Assembly (NCBI GenBank): GCA_013044025.1
Contig: JABEVD010000125.1
Location: 1-40,370, forward strand
Length of the DNA: 40,370 nucleotides
Source: Burkholderiales bacterium
Lineage (GTDB): Bacteria; Pseudomonadota; Gammaproteobacteria; Burkholderiales; JABEVD01
Reading direction: 5' to 3'
The stretch's first letter is position 1. Every line of letters starts with the position of its first letter. The position numbers were made by a program, and so were the translations under genes. Shown piece after piece: positions 9,917 to 18,587 of this stretch. The notes under the pieces were generated by a model, which saw only the letters and a list, made by a program, of their open reading frames with translations, had not been told where the DNA came from and made no database searches.

Positions 9917-11242
9917 CTAGCTCACCCAGACGGTTTTGACGTTGACGAATTCCTGTACGCCGAACGAGGAGAGTTCACGGCCGAATCCGGAAGCCTTCAC
10001 CCCTCCGAAAGGAAGCCTGGCATCGGATTTCACCATTGCGTTGACGAACAGGCTGCCCGCCTCGATCCGGCTTCCCAGGCGCTGCGCCCGGTCGATGTCG
10101 CGACTCCAGACCGAAGCGCCGAGTCCGTATCTGGTGTCGTTGGCAAGCCTTACCGCATCTTCCTCATCCTCCGCATGCAGCAACACCGCGACCGGGCCGA
10201 AAACCTCCTCGCGAAGCACCCGCGAATCGGCCGCAACCCTGTCCAGGATGGAAGGCCTGTAATGAAATCCGGGACCTGAAACCGGCTCGCATCCGGTGAC
10301 CGGGACTGATCCCCTTTCGATCGCATCCCGCACCTGTTCGTGCAGCAGATCGCGCAGGTCGGCACGAGCCATGGGACCGATGGCGCATCCTTCCTGCATG
10401 GGGTCGCCGATCCTGAGCGATTCGACTCCTTTCCTGAAACGGAAAAGGAATTCCTCCCCGATCCCGGGAACGAGGATGATGCGCTTTGCGGCAATGCACG
10501 ATTGCCCGCAATTCAGGAAACGGGAAGCAATTGCCGCATCCGCAGCCGCCTCGATGTCCGCGTCATGAAGGACGATGAAAGGGTCCGAACCGCCGAGTTC
10601 AAGCACGCATTTTCTGAGATTCCTGCCCGCCATCGCAGCCACTTTTCGCCCTGCGGCTTCGGAACCGGTGAAGGTGACCGCATCGGAAAGGGAAATCGCG
10701 CGCTCCGCCAGATCGGTTTCGATCAGAAAAGTCGAGAAGGGGAATCCGCATTCGCGAAACAGCCTTTCGATTTCCAGGGCGCATTGCGGCACATTGGGCG
10801 CATGCTTCAGGGCGAAGGCATTTCCCGCGCAAAGTGCAGGGACCGCTGCGCGAAAAACCTGCCAGTAGGGGAAGTTCCAGGGCATGATGCCCAGCACCAC
10901 GCCGAGCGGAAGATACTCGACATGGCTGCTCGATGCATCTGTTGCCACTTCCAGAGGCTGGAGAAAATCGCGCTCGGAGTAATACTCGCAAAGGGTGGCG
11001 CATTTTCTCACCTCGGCCCGCGCCTCTCCGATCGGTTTCCCCATCTCGACGGTGATGAGGGATGCATGGCGATCGCATTGCTCGCGCAACCTTTGGGCAA
11101 GCAGCGCAAAATTCCGCCGCCTGTCGTGTGCAGCATCGAGTCCGCGCAGTTGCGCGAATCCGGACAAAAGCCCCGCCTCGTCGAGGCATGGATATTCGGC
11201 GAGGACTTCCCCGGTCGCCGGATTGAGGCTCCTATGCGGCAT
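9917..11242 (-). CDS. NAD(P)-dependent aldehyde dehydrogenase, succinate-semialdehyde dehydrogenase (Sad)-like
   Basis: PWNFP, FTGS, ELGGSDP (catalytic Glu), NCGQSC (catalytic Cys), EEVFGP, PFGGVKASGFGRE. Confidence 0.9.
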   Translation of the reverse strand: MPHRSLNPATGEVLAEYPCLDEAGLLSGFAQLRGLDAAHDRRRNFALLAQRLREQCDRHASLITVEMGKPIGEARAEVRKCATLCEYYSERDFLQPLEVATDASSSHVEYLPLGVVLGIMPWNFPYWQVFRAAVPALCAGNAFALKHAPNVPQCALEIERLFRECGFPFSTFLIETDLAERAISLSDAVTFTGSEAAGRKVAAMAGRNLRKCVLELGGSDPFIVLHDADIEAAADAAIASRFLNCGQSCIAAKRIILVPGIGEEFLFRFRKGVESLRIGDPMQEGCAIGPMARADLRDLLHEQVRDAIERGSVPVTGCEPVSGPGFHYRPSILDRVAADSRVLREEVFGPVAVLLHAEDEEDAVRLANDTRYGLGASVWSRDIDRAQRLGSRIEAGSLFVNAMVKSDARLPFGGVKASGFGRELSSFGVQEFVNVKTVWVS

Positions 11243-12554
11243 CTTGTGTCGGCAAATGCAGCACGATCAGGAAATTGGAATGTTTTCCGTCCGGATTCGG
11301 AACCCGCGCAAAACGGCTTTCCACCCGGACTTTTGCGCCGCCCCCGGTCGAAAGCGTCACATCGACGGGATGCACATTCCGGATCAGGGCTTCGGCGAGC
11401 AGATCCTCGAGCCCCATTTTTCCCTCGAATTTGAGCAGTTGCGTTGCATCGACTCCCGCCGCCTCTTCTGCATCGACGCCGAGGAGTTTTTCAGCGGCAG
11501 GATTGAGTCCGGTCACGATTCCTTGCGGATCGACATCGAGCACCGCATCGCCCGTCATCTCCTGCAGGAACTTCGTGCGCATGTTCTCGATTTTTGCGAC
11601 ATGACGCTCCGCCTCGTAGGATTCCAGCGTCCTGCAAAGCTGGGCATTGGCCGATTCGAGAACAGAAATCCTTCTTTCCAGAAGTTCCGTCATCCTCGAC
11701 ACCCGCTGCTCCAGCCGGTAACGATGCTCCGCCAGCTCCTCTTCCATCGCCTTCTTTTCGGTGATGTCGAGCATCACCCCCTGCAGGTACATCATGTTGC
11801 CCGTTTCGTCCCGGACCACGCTCGCCTCGTCGTGGAACCAGCGGGTCTCTCCGGCGCGGGTGAGCATGCGGTAATCGCAGCGGAAGGATTCACCGGTATT
11901 GCGACTGTGCAGATAGGATTGCATCACCGCATCCCGGTCTTCTGCATGGATCTGCTGAAAGCGCAAATCCCGCCTTTCCAGCCATTCCTCGACCACGAAT
12001 CCGAGCCGCTCGATCTGCGGACTCACGAAGATCAGTCTGCCTTCCTCCTCGAAACTCAGGATGTAGGTGATGGAGGGAAGATGCTCCACCAGCCTGCGGT
12101 ATCTTTCTTCCGCAGAACGCTTTTCTTCCAGCAGCCTCTGTCCGCTCAGCACGCGCTGGATGACCGCAGGCAGCAGCTCCAGATACCGCCCTTCGCTGTC
12201 CTTGATGAGGTAGTCTCGTGCGCCCCGCTTCATCGCCTCGACTGCGATGGCGATGTTGTCCGATCCGGTGAGCTTCAGGACCGGCACGTGGATATTGCCC
12301 ATCTCGTCTGCAATCTCGGCCAGAAAATCGAGCCCGGTCATGTCCGGAAGATGATAGTCGAGCAGGATGCAATCGAACTTGTGTTCGCGGGCGAGCTTCA
12401 ATCCTTCCTGGCCGGTATCCGCCTCGTAGAGTTCGAAATCGTAATCAGGATGTTTCTGCAGCGCCCTGCGACAGGCCATGCGATCCACGGCATCGTCCTC
12501 GACCAGGAGTCCGACGATGTGGCGCGAAAGCTTCCGGTCTTCTGCTTCGTTCAT
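11232..12554 (-). CDS. Response regulator REC-PAS-coiled coil-PAS with no output domain
   Basis: LLVEDD / LLDYHLPD / LTG / YLIK receiver; PAS-PAC (FVSPQIE...IHAEDR...RWFHD...DITEKK); second PAS (VDPQGIVTGLNPAAEKLLG). Confidence 0.85.
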   Translation of the reverse strand: MNEAEDRKLSRHIVGLLVEDDAVDRMACRRALQKHPDYDFELYEADTGQEGLKLAREHKFDCILLDYHLPDMTGLDFLAEIADEMGNIHVPVLKLTGSDNIAIAVEAMKRGARDYLIKDSEGRYLELLPAVIQRVLSGQRLLEEKRSAEERYRRLVEHLPSITYILSFEEEGRLIFVSPQIERLGFVVEEWLERRDLRFQQIHAEDRDAVMQSYLHSRNTGESFRCDYRMLTRAGETRWFHDEASVVRDETGNMMYLQGVMLDITEKKAMEEELAEHRYRLEQRVSRMTELLERRISVLESANAQLCRTLESYEAERHVAKIENMRTKFLQEMTGDAVLDVDPQGIVTGLNPAAEKLLGVDAEEAAGVDATQLLKFEGKMGLEDLLAEALIRNVHPVDVTLSTGGGAKVRVESRFARVPNPDGKHSNFLIVLHLPTQDAA

Positions 12555-12961
12555 GACGGCATCTCGCTGATCGTCCAGTAGGTGTTGATCGAACGCATCA
12601 CTTCGACAAACTGCCTGTAATCGACCGGTTTGGCCATATAGCCTGCAACCCCCAGTTCGAAGCTGTCCACCTTGTCCTTCTGTTCCGCAGAGGTGGTGAG
12701 CACCACGACCGGGATGGACCGGTATGCAGCATGCCCCTTCACCTCCTTCAGAAACTCGATCCCGCCCATCCTCGGCATGTTGAGGTCGAGCAGGATGATG
12801 CAGGGGCGATCCTGCAAAGCCAGGGATTGAAGCGCATCTTCCCCGTTTTCCATGTGCACCAGGGGATTGGTCACATGCAGTTCCTTCAGCGCGCGCTTCA
12901 CCGTCATCGCATCCACCTGGTCATCCTCGACCAGCAGGATTGGCTTGTTGTTAAGCCTCAT
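12551..12961 (-). CDS. Single-domain response regulator, Rcp1-like
   Basis: ILLVEDD, LLDLNMP, VVVLTTS, YMAKP and C-terminal YW typical of phytochrome-associated Rcp1-type regulators. Confidence 0.9.
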   Translation of the reverse strand: MRLNNKPILLVEDDQVDAMTVKRALKELHVTNPLVHMENGEDALQSLALQDRPCIILLDLNMPRMGGIEFLKEVKGHAAYRSIPVVVLTTSAEQKDKVDSFELGVAGYMAKPVDYRQFVEVMRSINTYWTISEMPS

Positions 12962-14012
12962 TGACTTCCACTCCTTCCCTGTCGATGCTGCCGACCAACG
13001 GCAGCGTGAAATAAAAAGTGCTGCCTGTTCCGACAGCCGATTCAAGCCAGACTTTCCCGCCGTGCATTTCCACGATCTTCCTGACGAGGGCGAGTCCCAC
13101 CCCCGTGCTCTCGACCCTGTCGCGCGGCGCAAGCGTCTGGAAAAGATGAAAAATGCGCTCGAAATGGCGCTCCTCGATTCCCGGCCCGTTGTCCCTGACG
13201 TAAAATTTCCAGTCATCTTTTTCTGCGATGCAGCCGATCCGGACTTCCCCTTGCGGCTTGTCGATATACTTCATCGCATTCGAGATCAGGTTCTGGAAAA
13301 CCTGCTGGATGCGGGTTTTCTCGACGCGCAATTCCGGAAGACTGGTTTCCACTTCCACGCTGATCGCTTCATGAGGTCCCAGGGAGTCGATGATTTCGTG
13401 CAACAGCAGATTCAGATCGACCCGAACGAGTTCCTCATGCACCCTGCCCACCCTGGAATACTGGAGGATGCCGTCGATGAGGGCGTCCATCCTCCTGGTT
13501 CTGCCGACCAGAAGACGCAGATGCTCGCGGCCCTCTTCGTCGAACTTGTCCGCGTAATCCTCTGCGATCCACTGGGTGAGCGAACCGATGGCGCGCAGCG
13601 GCGCCTTCAGATCGTGTGATACGACATAGGCGAAATTCTTCAGCTCTTCGTTGGCGCCTTTCAGATCATGCATCAGCATTTCCTGTTGGCGGTTCTGTTC
13701 ACTGAGCTCTGCAGTCCGTCTCGACACTTCCTCTTCCAGGATGTCACGCTGATTCTTCAGCAGGTCACGGGTCTTCTCGAGTTCTGCGATATTGTCCTGG
13801 AGGGGGCGAAACAACTGGAAGTAGAGGATGGGGGAAACCAGCAGGGTGAGAAACAGGCCGTCGAGCAGATTCTCGGTCATCAGGGGAAGATTGTGCATCT
13901 CCTCGAAGAGGATCATCAGGATGATTTCCGTGGAAAAGATCGATGCGGCGACGATGACGAGCGCGCGGAGAACGCCTTTTTTCGGTGCGGATTCCATGCC
14001 GTTGCCAATCAT
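12951..14012 (-). CDS. Membrane histidine kinase (Cph1-like transmitter, two TM helices)
   Basis: FAYVVSHDLKAPLR H-box, QNLISNAMKY N-box, DNGPGI, IFHLFQTL, GVGLA; two N-terminal hydrophobic helices; GAGG/AAGG upstream of ATG 14012. Confidence 0.92.
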   Translation of the reverse strand: MIGNGMESAPKKGVLRALVIVAASIFSTEIILMILFEEMHNLPLMTENLLDGLFLTLLVSPILYFQLFRPLQDNIAELEKTRDLLKNQRDILEEEVSRRTAELSEQNRQQEMLMHDLKGANEELKNFAYVVSHDLKAPLRAIGSLTQWIAEDYADKFDEEGREHLRLLVGRTRRMDALIDGILQYSRVGRVHEELVRVDLNLLLHEIIDSLGPHEAISVEVETSLPELRVEKTRIQQVFQNLISNAMKYIDKPQGEVRIGCIAEKDDWKFYVRDNGPGIEERHFERIFHLFQTLAPRDRVESTGVGLALVRKIVEMHGGKVWLESAVGTGSTFYFTLPLVGSIDREGVEVNEA

Positions 14013-14114
14013 CGATTCACCTTTCCTCAAAACTGCCTGAACCAAGCCGGAGGCAGATTCTGCACACCGAATCTGGACCAAGTCAAGAAATGCAGCGCCG
14101 CAAGACATCGGTTG

Positions 14115-14555
14115 CTAGTCCGGCCTGCCCGAGTTGCGCAGCATTTTTTCCACCGCATCGGCATGCATCTCCTCGGCAACGATCAACTCCCTTGCATATT
14201 CCTCGAGCAGGACCGATCCATCCCTGGAAAGATCGAGCAGTTCGTAATAGGCGGCAAGCGTCTTTTTCTCATGATCGAGGGACTCGCGCAGGATGGCGTC
14301 GATGTCGTGGCGGTGAGATTCGAGCAAGGGGCCGATGCCGAGCGAGGGATGGCCGCCCAGATGGGTGATCATCTCGCCGGCCCGCCTGGCGTGTACGATG
14401 CTTTCCTCTGCCTGTTTTTCCAGCCAGTGGACGATGGGAATCCTGCCGTGCCCGTACACCATGAAGGCGTAGTGCGTATAACGGACCACGCCGGCAAGTC
14501 CCGCTTCGAGAATATGGTTGAGCAAGGCTACCGCCCGATCCCTGTCGACTGCCAT
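14115..14555 (-). CDS. Ferritin-like (bacterioferritin-like) domain protein
   Basis: Four-helix pattern with ESIVH and EEMH (ExxH-like) motifs and ITHLGGHP. Confidence 0.82.
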   Translation of the reverse strand: MAVDRDRAVALLNHILEAGLAGVVRYTHYAFMVYGHGRIPIVHWLEKQAEESIVHARRAGEMITHLGGHPSLGIGPLLESHRHDIDAILRESLDHEKKTLAAYYELLDLSRDGSVLLEEYARELIVAEEMHADAVEKMLRNSGRPD

Positions 14556-14588
14556 GATCTTCTCCCATTGTCGAGTGAGATGAAAAGC

Positions 14589-14618
14589 ATTATAGGACGG
14601 CTTTCCGCAACGGTCGAA
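14589..14618 (-). promoter_or_regulatory. Putative sigma70 promoter of the ferritin-like gene
   Basis: Minus strand TTCGAC-N18-TATAAT, 33 nt upstream of the ATG. Confidence 0.45.
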
Positions 14619-14619
14619 A

Positions 14620-15907
14620 TCAGTCGACGGAATCAGGCAGCAGGAGGTCGTTTCTCGTCAGGGGCAGCGCAAGCGGCCTCCTCGCCTTTTTCGCAGCAAG
14701 GATCTGGTAGAGACCGAGATAACCCGCCTCGAACTGCAATGCGCAAGCGGCCATGTACAGGCGCCATATCCTCCAGAGGCGCTCCGATACATGCTGCAGC
14801 GCATCGGCATGATTCGACTCCAGCCTCCTCACCCATTCTCTCAGGGTGAGCGCATAATGCTGCCGCATCGACTCGACATCGTGGATCTCGAAAAGACATT
14901 CTTCCATGCGGCGCAGGACATTGCTGACCCAGTCGAGCTCCCCCGTCCGGGAAGACATAGCGGTTGATGAATTCCGTCTCCACGCAGCTCACCCAGCCGT
15001 CTTCGTCGTGGGTGATGCCGTGATTGAGAAAGAGTCCGCCCGGCATCAGCAGCCTGTGCACCAGGGAAAAATACATGTTGAGGTTTTTCAGGCCGACATG
15101 CTCGAACATGCCGACGCTCGCAATCTTGTCGTAAATTTCTTCTCCCTGCAGATCGTGGTAGTCTTTCAGTTCGACCGTGACACGGTCTTCGATGCCCAGT
15201 TCGGCGATTTTCGCTTTCACGAATTGGTGCTGATTGCGGCTCAGGGTGATGCCGTGGGCAATCACTCCGTAATGCGTGGCCGCGCGGATGAGGAGCCCTC
15301 CCCATCCGCAGCCGATGTCGAGAAAATGTTCCCCTTCCCGCAAGCGTAGTTTCCTGCAGATGAGGTCGCGCTTGTTCTTCTGGGCTTTTTCAAGGGAATC
15401 CGAATCGCTCGTGAAATAGGCGCAGGAATAGTTCATCGCCTCGTCCAGCCACAGGCGATAGAATTCGTTGGAAACGTCGTAATGGTAGCCGATCGCCCGA
15501 CGGTGTTTTTCCCGCTCGCCCGAAAAACCGGAATGCCATTTCCTGGGAGGCCCGCGATCCTGCCTGACCGAATCGTCCTTCAAGCGCATGGCCTGGAGAA
15601 AAAGGGCCAGTTTTTCGTCGATGGAAAACTTCAGATCCTTCAGGGAATCCTTGAGTTCGATGGCAGGATAGATGCTTCCTTCGATGTCCAGGTTTCCCTC
15701 GACATAGGCGCTGGCAAGTCGCATCGGGTCTGCATGGAGCACGAGATCCCGGAGCGTTTCCTCCCGGTTGAAAACCAGCGTGCAAGCGGATTCCCTCCCG
15801 CCGAAATCGAAGGTTTCGCCGCTCCACAGCCTGATGGCGAGGTGACTTCGGCCGAACAATTTTTCCAGGATCCCGGCTGCGCTGCTTTGCTGCACTTTCG
15901 CGTCCAT
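14620..15907 (-). pseudogene. cfa: Cyclopropane-fatty-acyl-phospholipid synthase family SAM methyltransferase, frameshifted
   Basis: AGGAGG RBS; HYDVSNEFY, MNYSCAYF, LDIGCGWG, SVGMFEHVG, FINRYVFPDG in one frame, continuing as ELDWVS...HYALTLREW in another; one extra G in the G5 run at 14940-14944. Confidence 0.85.
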
Positions 15908-15920
15908 ACCCACCTCCTGT

Positions 15921-15950
15921 TCCTACCCTGTATAGTCCGACAGGGCAGGA
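15921..15950 (-). terminator. Stem-loop downstream of gpmA (no U-tract)
   Basis: Minus strand TCCTGCCCTGT-CGGACTAT-ACAGGGTAGGA, an 11-bp stem with one G-U pair. Confidence 0.35.
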
Positions 15951-15960
15951 TTGCAAACCG

Positions 15961-16638
15961 CTAGGGCAGGAGGCGTTTTTCCCGGATTTCGAGGTTTGCG
16001 TCGAAGCAATACAGAATCGGCACGCCGGAAGGGATCTCCACATTTTCGATCCGTTCCGGGGAAATTCCTTCGAGATGCATGACGAGGCTTCTCAGGGTGT
16101 TGCCGTGGCTCACCACGAGGAGACTTTTTCCTGCGGCGATGCGCGGAGCGAGAACTTCATTCCAGTAGGGAAGCAGTCTCTTCTGGCAATCGGCAAGGCT
16201 TTCGCTCGCCGGAAGCAGCGCGGGGTCGAGATCGGCATAGAGCGGATCGAAACGGGGGTGGCGCGGGTCGTCAAGATCGAGCGGAGGAGGCGCTTCGAAA
16301 TAACCGCGCCACCAGAGACGCGCGCGTTGTTCGCCCCAGAGGGCGAAAATTTCCTCCTTGTTCATTCCCTGCAGTTTGCCGTAATGCCGCTCGTTGAGGC
16401 GCCACGAAGAGTACCTCGGCAGTTCCTCCTTCAGGATGCAATCGACCGTCTGGTGCGCGCGAAGCAGAACCGAATCGTGCACTTCGTCGAAATGGAGCCC
16501 CGCATCATCGAGCCTTTTTCCGGCCTGCCTCGCCTGGGAAAGTCCTTGCTCGTCGAGTGCAATGTCGGTCCAGCCGGTGAATCGGCCGCAAAGATTCCAT
16601 TCGCTGCTGCCGTGCCGGAGGAGGACCAGGCGGATCAC
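15961..16638 (-). CDS. gpmA: 2,3-bisphosphoglycerate-dependent phosphoglycerate mutase
   Basis: LVLLRHG, RFTGWTD, LNERHYGKLQG, ESLAD, SHGNTLR; GTG overlaps the upstream TGA (GTGA). Confidence 0.85.
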   Translation of the reverse strand: MIRLVLLRHGSSEWNLCGRFTGWTDIALDEQGLSQARQAGKRLDDAGLHFDEVHDSVLLRAHQTVDCILKEELPRYSSWRLNERHYGKLQGMNKEEIFALWGEQRARLWWRGYFEAPPPLDLDDPRHPRFDPLYADLDPALLPASESLADCQKRLLPYWNEVLAPRIAAGKSLLVVSHGNTLRSLVMHLEGISPERIENVEIPSGVPILYCFDANLEIREKRLLP

Positions 16639-17267
16639 TCCGCAGACTCTTTCAGCACCTGCGTAAGATGATGGTGATCGTCCCATTTCTCCAGATGCAG
16701 GCCGTGATCGTCGATGTGGAACCAGTTGAGCGCGCAGTTGGGGATGGAAAAATCGCGAGGGGTGTGAAGCGGCCTTCCCGTGGCGCGCCGATACAGGATA
16801 TCGAGCACTCCGGCATGCGTGACCGCCGCGATGGTCTGTCCGGCATGATGACGCCTCATGGCATCGACCGCCCGCCCGACCCTGCCTGCGAAATCGTGCA
16901 GGCTCTCGCCGGTCTCGAAATCGTAATCTGCATCGCGGCTTCGGTAATGCAGGCTGGCTCGAGGATGCAGAACCTCACCTTGCGCTGCGGTGATTCCCTG
17001 GAAAATGCCGTAATGCCGCTCCCGGAGTTCGCTGCAACGCACGACTTCGAGTTCTCTTCTTGCCGCGAGCATGGATGCGGTGTCGAAGGCCCGGACGAGA
17101 TCGGAGCTGTAGATGGCGGAAAATTGGTGGTGGGCGGCATTGAAGGCCATCGCCACAGCCTGCCTCTTTCCGGTTTCGTTGAGCGCGATGTCTGTCTGTC
17201 CCTGGATGCGCTTTTCCACATTCCAGTCGGTTTCGCCATGTCGGATGAAGCAGATCCTGGTGGGCAT
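16635..17267 (-). CDS. Histidine phosphatase family protein (GpmB/CobC-like)
   Basis: RHGETDWN, YSSDLVRA, LRERHYG, GES, THAG. Confidence 0.9.
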   Translation of the reverse strand: MPTRICFIRHGETDWNVEKRIQGQTDIALNETGKRQAVAMAFNAAHHQFSAIYSSDLVRAFDTASMLAARRELEVVRCSELRERHYGIFQGITAAQGEVLHPRASLHYRSRDADYDFETGESLHDFAGRVGRAVDAMRRHHAGQTIAAVTHAGVLDILYRRATGRPLHTPRDFSIPNCALNWFHIDDHGLHLEKWDDHHHLTQVLKESAE

Positions 17268-17497
17268 CTAGCAGTCTGTCGGGATTGAAACAGCCGGGAA
17301 AGCAGGTATTGGGGGCATTTTGGTCGGTTTCGGATCCATCCTCGAAGGCGAACGAAGCCATGAACGCATCCACCATCCAGGGAATGCGCCGGGACAATCA
17401 ACCTTGCACAGGCTCGCCGGGAGGCATGCCATGCCGCCCGGTGTCAGGACCAGCCTGACAGGATCGATTGTCGCGAAACGGGAATTCGCTTCCCGGA

Positions 17498-17860
17498 TCA
17501 GAGAATGTCCGCGATGCTCTTCGCTGCGCGCTTGGTGTCGAGGAATATGAGACCCAGTTTCGCGTCCTTCCTCGCGATGACCGTGAGAACCGCGTCTTTT
17601 CCCGCATGGCTCATCAGGATGTAGCCTTCCTCACCCTTCACCATTACCTGTTCCAGCGTCCCCCTGGAAAGCTCCCTCGCCGTGCGCTCCCCGAGGGAAA
17701 GCATGGCTGCCGCCATCGCGCCGACACGATCTTCATCCACTTCCTTGGGCAACAGGGCCACGATCGTCAGGCCGTCCGAGGAAATGATGGCTGAAGCCTC
17801 GATATCGGCCGATGCGCCGCTGAGGTCGCTGAGAATAGTTCTTAGTATTTGTTCCCGCAT
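17498..17860 (-). CDS. Roadblock/LC7 domain protein (MglB-like)
   Basis: 120 aa; IEASAIISSDGL, DRVGAMAAAMLSLG, QVMVKGEEGYILM, KLGLIFLD; AGGAG RBS. Confidence 0.92.
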   Translation of the reverse strand: MREQILRTILSDLSGASADIEASAIISSDGLTIVALLPKEVDEDRVGAMAAAMLSLGERTARELSRGTLEQVMVKGEEGYILMSHAGKDAVLTVIARKDAKLGLIFLDTKRAAKSIADIL

Positions 17861-17885
17861 TGTTGTCTCCTGACTTGACTACTGC

Positions 17886-17891
17886 ATTATA
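17886..17891 (-). promoter_or_regulatory. Perfect -10 hexamer upstream of the roadblock gene (internal promoter candidate)
   Basis: TATAAT 25 nt upstream of the ATG in a 90-bp gap, preceded by an A-tract; no good -35. Confidence 0.4.
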
Positions 17892-17950
17892 ACCCGCTTC
17901 CCGGATTTTTTTCATGAACAAATGAAGATGCGTCCACTCTTTGCGAATTT

Positions 17951-18586
17951 TCAGCCATACCGATAGCTGAGCGCCTGCACCAGGGTCACGAATTCGTCCC
18001 CCTGCAGCCTGGGAGCGCCATCGATGATCAGCACAAAGGACTGATTTCCCATGTACATCGGAAAAAAACCCAGCTCGGACTGACCCGCCGGGTCCATGAT
18101 CGCCCAGGCGTTGCTGTTGATGTTCAGATTGTTCTTGAGAAGCAAGGCATGGCGGTTGCTCATGGTGAGGATGTCGCCAGCCAGCGCCGCAATCTCGACT
18201 GCCGCCTCGTGGTAAAAACCGGAAGTCACCAGATAGAATCCGCTGTCATCGGCGAGAATGGAGCGTCCCGTACTGGAAAGTGAGGCCAGCAGATTGGGCA
18301 GGATCGACTCCAGGCTTCCCTGTGGCATCCGCTTCGGCGTTTCCGTCCCGCGCACGAAATCCAGTCTCTGCAGCCGGTACAACAACTGCACCGCGTCGTC
18401 AGGAGAACCGAGTTCGGACCAGGCCATGAGCTGTTCTTCGGAAGGAGGACGGTTCGTCCCTTCCGTCAAAAGCCTGATCAGCATTTTTCTGGCGCTGTCG
18501 AGATGGGCGCTGGCAACCGCGTAATACGCACCTGCCGGCGTGACCTCTGCAAACAGCGAGCGGTTTAACGTCAGTATATCCGGCAT
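17951..18586 (-). CDS. Hypothetical protein, probable winged-helix plus roadblock/profilin-like fusion
   Basis: 211 aa, 1-nt gap after the GTPase; C-half SILADDSGFYLV...EIAALAGD resembles roadblock; N-half LLYRLQRLDFV resembles a wHTH. Confidence 0.7.
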   Translation of the reverse strand: MPDILTLNRSLFAEVTPAGAYYAVASAHLDSARKMLIRLLTEGTNRPPSEEQLMAWSELGSPDDAVQLLYRLQRLDFVRGTETPKRMPQGSLESILPNLLASLSSTGRSILADDSGFYLVTSGFYHEAAVEIAALAGDILTMSNRHALLLKNNLNINSNAWAIMDPAGQSELGFFPMYMGNQSFVLIIDGAPRLQGDEFVTLVQALSYRYG

Positions 18587-18587
18587 T

